NCBI GenBank assembly: GCA_000175855.1
Contig: ACYB01000020.1
Location: 60,001 to 92,000 of the forward strand
Length of the DNA stretch: 32,000 nt
From: Raphidiopsis brookii D9
Lineage (GTDB): Bacteria; Cyanobacteriota; Cyanobacteriia; Cyanobacteriales; Nostocaceae
Direction of reading: 5' to 3'
Shown here piece after piece: positions 20,643 through 27,495 of this stretch (position 1 is the stretch's first letter; every line of letters starts with the position of its first letter). The position numbers and the translations under genes are program-made. The notes beneath the pieces were generated by a model. It saw only the letters and a program-made list of their open reading frames with translations. It searched no databases and was not told the DNA's origin.

Positions 20643-21227
20643 ATGCCCATTGGTATTCCCAAAGTTCCCTATCGTCTTCCTGGTAGTAATTACGAGCAAT
20701 GGATTGATCTGGAGGATCGTCTATTTCGGGAGCGAATTATTTTCCTCACAGAAGAGGTGGATGATGGTATAGCTAATGCCATTGTTGCCTATCTGCTTTA
20801 CTTAGATTCCGATGATCAGACCAAGCCAATTTACCTGTATATCAATTCTCCTGGTGGATCTGTAACTGCAGGAATGGCAATTTATGATACCATACAGTAC
20901 ATTAAATCGGAAGTCATTACAATTTGTGTTGGTTTAGCTGCTTCCATGGGATCCTTTCTCCTTGCTGCTGGAGCCAAGGGTAAACGTTTAGCTCTACCTC
21001 ATTCCCGAATTATGATTCACCAACCTTCCGGTGGTACTCGTGGTCAAGCTTCTGATATTGAAATCGAAGCTAGGGAAATTCTACGTATCCGTCATCAGCT
21101 CAACCAAATTTATGCTGATAATACTGGTCAAGTCCTATCTAAAATTGAAAAGGATATGGACAGGGATTTCTTTATGTCCGCTCAAGAAGCCAAAGAATAT
21201 GGTTTAATTGACCGTGTAATCGAATAA
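20643..21227 (+). CDS. clpP: ATP-dependent Clp protease proteolytic subunit (ClpP3-type), intact Ser-His-Asp triad
   Basis: 194-aa ORF with GLAASMGS (Ser), SRIMIHQP (His) and [10 protein letters not shown] (Asp). It is the last gene of the clpR-containing tandem. Confidence 0.9.
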   Translation: MPIGIPKVPYRLPGSNYEQWIDLEDRLFRERIIFLTEEVDDGIANAIVAYLLYLDSDDQTKPIYLYINSPGGSVTAGMAIYDTIQYIKSEVITICVGLAASMGSFLLAAGAKGKRLALPHSRIMIHQPSGGTRGQASDIEIEAREILRIRHQLNQIYADNTGQVLSKIEKDMDRDFFMSAQEAKEYGLIDRVIE

Positions 21228-21273
21228 ACCACTTGGGGAATGGGGATTTTACAACAAGCGGGGTGAATTTGCT

Positions 21274-22488
21274 GTGTTGAACTACGATGTGATTGTCTGT
21301 GGAGCAGGTCCAGCCGGGACAACGGCAGCATGGGTAGCAGCTAAAACAGGACTTAAAGTAGCGCTAATTGAAAAGTATCCTCTACCACGTCACAAGACAT
21401 GTGGTGGAGGAATGCCTGCTGTAGTGGGGAGTTTATTACCTGATTTAGTACCGGAAGCAGTAGTGGCTTGTCAAGTCAACTATATGCGGCACACATGGAA
21501 ATTTGACCATCCAATTTTAGGTGCAATTAACCCACCAGGGAGCGAACCAGAACTCAAGTTGTGGATGGTGCAGCGTTCAGTATTTGATAATGCTTTAGCG
21601 CGACAAGCATCACAAGCGGGAGCAGATTTACGAGATGGACTAGCAGTTAAGTCTTTAGAAATTGACTCCCATGGTGTCATCGTTCGTGCCCGATCTTTTA
21701 AGAATGATAGTGGAATAGGATGGGGGGAATTTGTAGCTTATGCTCCTTACGTGATTGGAGCAGATGGAGCTAATGGGATCACGGCCAAAACGGCTAATTT
21801 GAGACGAGAGAGGACCATGGCCCTGGCCATGGAGGTGGAATACCCTTATAATTGGACTCAGAACCACCCCAAGGATCTGCGTCCAGATGTGATCCATTTA
21901 GAGTACGGTGCTGTTCCTAATGGCTATGGGTGGATCTTCCCGAAAGAAGACCATTTGAATGTGGGGGCGGGACTATTTCGACCTGATCGCCGTGATTGTC
22001 GTAGTGACCACAGCATTCGCGCGCAGCTCCAGCAGGCTATCTTTCAGTATCTAGACTTTATGGATATCTCTTACAACCCAGAATTAATCCGTTTTCATGG
22101 TCATCCTTTACCTATATGGCATGGTAGGGAAAAATGCCACACTCCCGATGGTAAAATTCTTTTAGCCGGGGATGCTGCGGGACTAATTAATCCCTTTTTT
22201 GGGGATGGGATTTTACATGCGGTTAAAAGTGGAATGCTTGCAGCTGAGTGCGTTGCTACAAACACCACTGGCAGTTACACCCAACGAATTCACCATGAGT
22301 TTGCTGCCAACTTTGATGCTGCACTACAAATGGCGCGATTTTACTATCAATGGCCTCACTTTTGCTATCAGCAAGTAGTTAATCGTCCCACCGCCACCCA
22401 TATTGCTGCTCGTTTGCTCTATGGGGAAACTCCTTTCCATCAAGTCGCAGAGCGAATGATAGGGAAAATGCGCAGTCTGATGTTTTAG
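21274..22488 (+). CDS. FAD-dependent oxidoreductase, geranylgeranyl reductase family
   Basis: 404-aa ORF with a GTG start. It has the dinucleotide fold YDVIVCGAGPAGTTAA, KTCGGG, and the GDAAGLINPFFGDGI FAD motif. Confidence 0.8.
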   Translation: MLNYDVIVCGAGPAGTTAAWVAAKTGLKVALIEKYPLPRHKTCGGGMPAVVGSLLPDLVPEAVVACQVNYMRHTWKFDHPILGAINPPGSEPELKLWMVQRSVFDNALARQASQAGADLRDGLAVKSLEIDSHGVIVRARSFKNDSGIGWGEFVAYAPYVIGADGANGITAKTANLRRERTMALAMEVEYPYNWTQNHPKDLRPDVIHLEYGAVPNGYGWIFPKEDHLNVGAGLFRPDRRDCRSDHSIRAQLQQAIFQYLDFMDISYNPELIRFHGHPLPIWHGREKCHTPDGKILLAGDAAGLINPFFGDGILHAVKSGMLAAECVATNTTGSYTQRIHHEFAANFDAALQMARFYYQWPHFCYQQVVNRPTATHIAARLLYGETPFHQVAERMIGKMRSLMF

Positions 22489-22516
22489 GATTCGTTTAAT
22501 TGTGATACATGGGTAG

Positions 22517-22539
22517 TCCCCGTACCTTCCGGTCGGGGA
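22517..22539. terminator. GC-rich hairpin between the convergent oxidoreductase and rpsU genes
   Basis: TCCCCG(T)ACC-TTCC-GGTCGGGGA forms a 9-bp stem with one bulge and a 4-nt loop. It sits in the 67-nt convergent gap. No clear U-tract is present. Confidence 0.4.
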
Positions 22540-22555
22540 GTGCTTCAAACTGCTG

Positions 22556-22750
22556 CTACTTTAAGCGAGTTCTTTGCTGACGACGTTGCTTGTGTCTAGC
22601 AATTGCTTTTCGCTTTTCTTTTTCTAATGGGGTTTCAAAATGACGGTTTTTGCGCATGTCCTGGAAAATTCCCGCTTTGGAAACTTCTCGTTTAAACCTA
22701 CGTAAGGCTGACTCAATTCCTTCATTTTCCCCTAAAACCACTTGTGTCAT
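22556..22750 (-). CDS. rpsU: 30S ribosomal protein S21 (copy 1)
   Basis: 64-aa basic protein, [28 protein letters not shown]...[18 protein letters not shown] lies 8 nt upstream of the ATG. Confidence 0.9.
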   Translation of the reverse strand: MTQVVLGENEGIESALRRFKREVSKAGIFQDMRKNRHFETPLEKEKRKAIARHKQRRQQRTRLK

Positions 22751-23232
22751 TATTGTTGCTCCTTTTTCGTTAATATTTACAAACTAGACAGTAAAAATGC
22801 AAAAAGCAAGTTCTAACAGGTACTGAGTTCCGTTCATAACCGCTTGTAAAAATCTACTTATATCTAGGCAATAATGCTCAAATCTATGCAGAGGGAAGTT
22901 AGCGGTTTATCTTCCAAAAAATCGTTCTTAATACTTACGTTTGCGCTGGGCAGATTGCTCTAACCATTGCTTGACCAAGAACTCCCAGTCAGAGATAGCA
23001 TGGAAACTGTAACGCTTAATACTAGATTTCTTTATTAGGTTATTCAGTTGATTCTACAGGCCCGATACGTGGTTTCCATCCTTCACGGAGAGATAGGCGG
23101 TTATGGAGCCTTTATATCTTTGTTTCTGATATAGAATGCACTTAATTATATAGGCATTCTGGAAGAATTGCATAGGCCTAGATATTTTTATTCAGCTACT
23201 ACCCCCATATTTAAAAATCTTTCCTCACAGGA

Positions 23233-23547
23233 TTAATAACGATGGTCGTGACCAGCACTTCCAGAACGTCCTCCTCCCCAACCACCACGGGAAGACTCTC
23301 TTTCTTCACGGGGTCTGGCCTTGTTCACTTTTAATTGTCTACCTTTGAATTCTTTACCATTTAAAGCATCAATTGCTGCATTCTCCTCAGCTTCATTAGA
23401 CATTTCTACAAAACCAAATCCCCGTGGACGACCTGTTTCCCTATCAGTGGGTAGCTGCACTTTACTCACGTTGCCATATTTAGAGAAAGCACTTTTCAGA
23501 TCTTCTAATGTCACATCATAGGACAGGTTTCCAACATAAATCGACAT
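23233..23547 (-). CDS. RRM-type RNA-binding protein with a glycine-rich C-terminus (cyanobacterial Rbp type I)
   Basis: RNP2 IYVGNL, RNP1 RGFGFVEM, and the tail [19 protein letters not shown] place the start at ATG 23547 (MSIYVGNL), preceded by GGGAGA. The track ORF adds 6 unlikely codons (to 23565). Confidence 0.9.
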   Translation of the reverse strand: MSIYVGNLSYDVTLEDLKSAFSKYGNVSKVQLPTDRETGRPRGFGFVEMSNEAEENAAIDALNGKEFKGRQLKVNKARPREERESSRGGWGGGRSGSAGHDHRY

Positions 23548-23723
23548 AAAGTAATGGTCTCCCAAACCGACAGTGTAGAGAGTTAGATTCGGAGAGACGC
23601 ATTAAAGTAATTTTAAAACGAATTACTCAACCGAAAATAATTCTTTCATCCGTAAGTATAGCATAGTTTTTGGCAACGAACCCAAAAATGAGTAACATTT
23701 TCTCAAAAAGTTCTGCTTTAGTG

Positions 23724-24596
23724 CTATGTCAAAAATTCAGTTAATATTTCTTTGACTTTCTGGGATAGTATTTCATGTTCCGGAAAGTTACTAGCTAGTA
23801 AACAACCCCATTGGTTTACATCACCGGTATTATATTTTAGGGAACTGCCATCCAAATGTGTAAATTTACCCCCTGCTTCCGTCAAAATTAGTTCGGGGGC
23901 AGCTATATCCCAGTCTTTGGGAGCGGACTGACCGGAGAGGGAAATATAAACATCTGCCTGTGCTTCGACAATAGCGGTCACTTTACAACCCACACTACCA
24001 ATAGTTTTTTGTTGTTTACAGGGAAGATTTGCCAGTAAATATTCTAACTTCTCATTTCTGTGGGAACGGGTGACTACCAGAATTAAATCTTCTATTGGTT
24101 TGTTGTTATTTACTTTGAGTTGCTGGCAACCATTGGCTGTTTCCATAAAAGTACCACCACCTTTGGTAGCATAATAGATTTTTTCTGCTTCCGGTATGGC
24201 CACAACTGCTAAAATTGGTCTGTTGTTTTGTACTAAAGCAATATGTAGGGCATATTCTCCGGTTTTACCAATAAAATCCTTTGTCCCATCTAGGGGGTCT
24301 ATAATCCAAACCAGTTCTGCAGGGTGTTGACCTGGTTGACTTTTATAAGTTTCTTCACAGATATAACCAAATCTTTCTTGACCAAAAGCTGCTTGTAACC
24401 GTGAGAGTATGTACTCACTAACTGCCAGATCTGCTATGGTTACAGGAGCATCCTGTTCATATTTAATATCTAGGTTTCCATCCCCCACGGTTCCTCGATA
24501 ATAGGACCTGAGTAGGTTGGCTGCTCCCCAGCTGACTCCAAGAGTGATTTTTAATATGTGTTGTAAATCGATCACGATTTTTGCTCCTCCATCCAC
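23724..24596 (-). CDS. Inositol monophosphatase / CysQ (3'(2'),5'-bisphosphate nucleotidase) family phosphatase
   Basis: IMPase motifs WIIDPLDGTKDF and KDWDIAAPELILTEAGG. The track start is GTG 24596. An in-frame GTG at 24575 overlaps the upstream stop as GTGA and may be the true start. Confidence 0.85.
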   Translation of the reverse strand: MDGGAKIVIDLQHILKITLGVSWGAANLLRSYYRGTVGDGNLDIKYEQDAPVTIADLAVSEYILSRLQAAFGQERFGYICEETYKSQPGQHPAELVWIIDPLDGTKDFIGKTGEYALHIALVQNNRPILAVVAIPEAEKIYYATKGGGTFMETANGCQQLKVNNNKPIEDLILVVTRSHRNEKLEYLLANLPCKQQKTIGSVGCKVTAIVEAQADVYISLSGQSAPKDWDIAAPELILTEAGGKFTHLDGSSLKYNTGDVNQWGCLLASNFPEHEILSQKVKEILTEFLT

Positions 24597-25438
24597 CGTC
24601 GTGTACCAAATAGTTCACAGGATTTAGCTGCAATTTGACTGGCTAATACCAAGGCCGTGGTAAAACTAGATTGTAGAATGTAATGGCAAAAAGCACCATG
24701 GAAAATATCTCCAGCGCCCAAGGTATCAACGGTTTTGATTTGAGGTACATGGATAAAACCTGTTTGACCAATGCTATAATACTCAATGGGTTTTTCTCCT
24801 TGGGTAATTGCTATATGGGGAATGTTAAATCCTATGAGATAGGTGAAAATATCTTGACGGGTTTGACATGGAGGAGGTTGAAAGTTGGCTGAACAAATGG
24901 CATAGTCGATGTAGGGCAAAATTTCTTCCAGTCCTTCTTTCCAGCTACCTCCATCCATGACAATGGGAATGTTCTGATTTTTGGCCTTCATGACGAGGGT
25001 TTTACTGGCAACCATTTGATGTCCATCAATTAAGATTAGATCTATGCCTTCTAATATGTTGCTGGGAATTGAGCTGATCTCCCCAGGACTTTTCACCGCA
25101 TTCAGGGAAATTACTGCCCTTTCCCCTGTTTGTTGGGTAACAATAATTGAGGACACAGGGGGTGGTGTTTTTTTGTGAGGATCTAAATCGATTATTCTAA
25201 TTTGATAGTTGGCTAAGTCTGTACTAATTAATTGTGTGAGATGATGGGAACCTAAAACACCTAAAATTGTAGAGTTATTATCTAGGTAACTAAATGTAAC
25301 GGAAGCGTTGGTTGCAGGCCCACCAGCTGCTACAGTATAGTCCATGGCAACTAATTTTTGATTATTCTTGGGTGGTGATTCGGCTAGATAAATTAGATCC
25401 AGGGTGATTAAACCAATAAATAAAGCAGATTTTTTCAT
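24572..25438 (-). CDS. PfkB-family carbohydrate/nucleoside kinase
   Basis: 288-aa ORF with a ribokinase-like fold and the C-terminal DTLGAGDIFHGAF signature. The substrate cannot be determined from sequence. Confidence 0.85.
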   Translation of the reverse strand: MKKSALFIGLITLDLIYLAESPPKNNQKLVAMDYTVAAGGPATNASVTFSYLDNNSTILGVLGSHHLTQLISTDLANYQIRIIDLDPHKKTPPPVSSIIVTQQTGERAVISLNAVKSPGEISSIPSNILEGIDLILIDGHQMVASKTLVMKAKNQNIPIVMDGGSWKEGLEEILPYIDYAICSANFQPPPCQTRQDIFTYLIGFNIPHIAITQGEKPIEYYSIGQTGFIHVPQIKTVDTLGAGDIFHGAFCHYILQSSFTTALVLASQIAAKSCELFGTRRWMEEQKS

Positions 25439-25482
25439 CGGAAATCATGGGTAGGTGTTCTCCCCCGAGTAGTTGTTTGGAA

Positions 25483-26349
25483 ATGAAATTTATGCAAGCT
25501 GAACCGAAACCAGGAACATTATATATCGTTGGCACCCCCATTGGAAATTTGGAGGATATGACCTTTCGGGCGGTACGAATTTTACAAGCTGTGGACATGA
25601 TTGCAGCAGAAGATACTAGACATACAGGGAAATTATTGCAGCATTTTCAAGTTCACACCCCCCAAATCAGTTATCACGAACATAATCGCACTGGCCGCAT
25701 TCCCGAAATTTTGACCTATTTACATTATGGTAAGGCGATCGCTTTGGTCAGTGATGCGGGAATGCCAGGAGTTTCTGACCCAGGTCACGAGTTAATTACA
25801 GCTTGTGTAGCTGCAGGAATTGATGTTGTTCCTATTCCCGGTGCTACGGCGGTCATTACGGCTTTAAGTGTTTCTGGGTTGGCAACAAGCAAGTTTGTTT
25901 TTGATGGATTTTTACCAGCTAAGCGTCAGCATAGGCGAGAATATTTGGAAACCTTGTTAATGGAAACTAGAACTTTGGTGTTTTATGAATCACCCCATCG
26001 GTTAAGGGAGACCCTGGAGGATTTAGGAGAGATTCTAGGTGGAAGCAGAACCATAGTAATGGGTAGGGAATTAACTAAATTATATGAGGAAATTTGGCGG
26101 GGAGACATCAAAGACGCGATCGCCTATTACCAGGGAAAGGATCCCCAGGGGGAATATACTTTAGTGTTGGGGGGAGCATCACCAAGTCAACCTGAAATTA
26201 CAGAAGCTCAACTGAGGGCTGAACTTTTAGAAATAATCAAACAGGGAGTGTCTCGCTCCCAGGCCAGCAGACAGTTGGCTCAAGAAACATCTATTTCTCG
26301 CCGTTATTTGTACCAGTTAGCACTTTCTATTGACCAAGAGGGTGTTTGA
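25483..26349 (+). CDS. rsmI: 16S rRNA (cytidine1402-2'-O)-methyltransferase RsmI
   Basis: GTLYIVGTPIGNLEDMTFRAVRILQAVDMIAAEDTRHTGKLL is the tetrapyrrole-methylase-fold RsmI N-terminus. The start is ambiguous among ATG 25447, 25483 and 25492, and I favour 25483 or 25492. Confidence 0.85.
   Translation: MKFMQAEPKPGTLYIVGTPIGNLEDMTFRAVRILQAVDMIAAEDTRHTGKLLQHFQVHTPQISYHEHNRTGRIPEILTYLHYGKAIALVSDAGMPGVSDPGHELITACVAAGIDVVPIPGATAVITALSVSGLATSKFVFDGFLPAKRQHRREYLETLLMETRTLVFYESPHRLRETLEDLGEILGGSRTIVMGRELTKLYEEIWRGDIKDAIAYYQGKDPQGEYTLVLGGASPSQPEITEAQLRAELLEIIKQGVSRSQASRQLAQETSISRRYLYQLALSIDQEGV
25735..25742. repeat. HIP1 palindrome GCGATCGC
   Basis: Exact octamer read in the sequence. Confidence 0.95.
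26116..26123. repeat. HIP1 palindrome GCGATCGC
   Basis: Exact octamer read in the sequence. Confidence 0.95.
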
Positions 26350-26400
26350 AACCGGTAATATGACAATGGATATTATTGATAAATTGAGGACAGACCAAGA

Positions 26401-26580
26401 ATGACCCAAGTGGTTCTAGGAGAAAACGAAGGAATAGATTCAGCCCTACGTCGGTTCAAACGCCAGGTTTCTAAGGCTGGTATTTTGGCTGACGTTAAGT
26501 ATCATCGTCACTTTGAGACCCCCCTGGAAAAGCGCAAACGGAAAGCTGTGTCCGCCAGACGGAAACGCCGTTTTAAATAA
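26401..26580 (+). CDS. rpsU: 30S ribosomal protein S21 (copy 2), absent from the ORF track because it is 59 aa
   Basis: My hand translation is [59 protein letters not shown], with stop TAA at 26578-26580. GAGGA lies 10 nt upstream of the ATG. Confidence 0.85.
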   Translation: MTQVVLGENEGIDSALRRFKRQVSKAGILADVKYHRHFETPLEKRKRKAVSARRKRRFK

Positions 26581-26601
26581 GCTTATTATTATAGCCTAGC
26601 C

Positions 26602-26634
26602 ACCTGCGATGCACCCTCAGTGGATGCCGCAGGT
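26602..26634. terminator. Possible terminator hairpin after rpsU copy 2
   Basis: ACCTGCG (26602-26608) pairs with CGCAGGT (26628-26634). An inner GCA/CC stem pairs with GG(A)TGC, and the loop is 6 nt. A weakly T-rich stretch follows, and the hairpin lies between convergent genes. Confidence 0.35.
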
Positions 26635-26658
26635 TAGCTTGTTGTATAATACACGAAG

Positions 26659-26853
26659 TTAAAAGCGCCACCATTTTGTTTGTAAGTAACTTAAAACACC
26701 AATTGCGATCGCTCCCAAAAATAATAGTCCAATGATACCACTGGGTAGAAAAGTAATAATTCGTAAACCCCTAAGTATGAATAGAGCTACTCCCATACCT
26801 AAAAGGATACCCACAAACTGAGTTAACTGACGATTGAAAAAAGATTGTTTCAC
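26659..26853 (-). CDS. Small hypothetical membrane protein (two predicted TM helices)
   Basis: 64-aa ORF with hydrophobic segments FVGILLGMGVALFIL and IIGLLFLGAIAIGVL. No recognisable family. Confidence 0.55.
   Translation of the reverse strand: MKQSFFNRQLTQFVGILLGMGVALFILRGLRIITFLPSGIIGLLFLGAIAIGVLSYLQTKWWRF
26705..26712. repeat. HIP1 palindrome GCGATCGC
   Basis: Exact octamer read in the sequence. Confidence 0.95.
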
Positions 26854-26964
26854 TTAACTATATCCTAAAACTGATTCTACTCAAATCATATCCAGAAAAT
26901 CCACTCAGCAGACTGTAATTAATTGGAGAAGTATTTAAAAACCATTGTAGCTAGGCGGAAATAT

Positions 26965-27492
26965 ATGCTTTTGAGTCAAGACAAACATAAATCACTCATT
27001 GAAGGGGAGATACTAGTACAAACTCGTCCCCATAATGCTTGGGGTGGTGCTGTCACTGCTTCTATATATTTACCTTTAGTGCGTTCTTATGTGTGGGAGC
27101 AAATAACAGAATACCCACGCTGGGTAAATTATTTTCCTGATTTGACTAAAAGCGAACTTATCTCCCCAGGAAATAGTAGTCAGGGAAATGTCAAATTTTT
27201 ATACCAGCGTGCCCAGAAGGCCTTTTTATTTTTTACAGCTCAAGTGGAGATTTATCTAACTGTGATAGAAGTTTTGGGAAAACAAATACAGTTTAGGATG
27301 GAGAGAGGAACATTTGAAGATTTTTATGCCAACCTACAATTTCAGGATATGGGGGATGGTACATTACTAATATATACGGTAGAAGCAACACCAAATATTC
27401 CTATTCCATCCATGTTAATCGAACAAGGAATGTCCCGGGGATTACCGGATAACCTACGCAAGATGAGACAATTTTTGTGTAGTCGAGCGTGA
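26965..27492 (+). CDS. SRPBCC-superfamily (polyketide cyclase/dehydrase-like) protein
   Basis: About 175 aa from ATG 26965 (MLLSQDKHK...). The track ORF starts at TTG 26923. The composition and length fit the conserved cyanobacterial SRPBCC/START-like proteins. This assignment is weaker than the others. Confidence 0.65.
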   Translation: MLLSQDKHKSLIEGEILVQTRPHNAWGGAVTASIYLPLVRSYVWEQITEYPRWVNYFPDLTKSELISPGNSSQGNVKFLYQRAQKAFLFFTAQVEIYLTVIEVLGKQIQFRMERGTFEDFYANLQFQDMGDGTLLIYTVEATPNIPIPSMLIEQGMSRGLPDNLRKMRQFLCSRA

Positions 27493-27495
27493 CAA

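Noticed and set aside
21274-22488. The geranylgeranyl-reductase-family gene looked GC-richer by eye, raising the possibility of horizontal acquisition.
   Set aside because: Spot counts of 60-nt lines gave about 45-58% GC here, but also about 50% in clpC. Conserved genes in this window are simply GC-richer than spacers. No flanking mobility signatures are present. Confirming either way would need a proper sliding-window computation.
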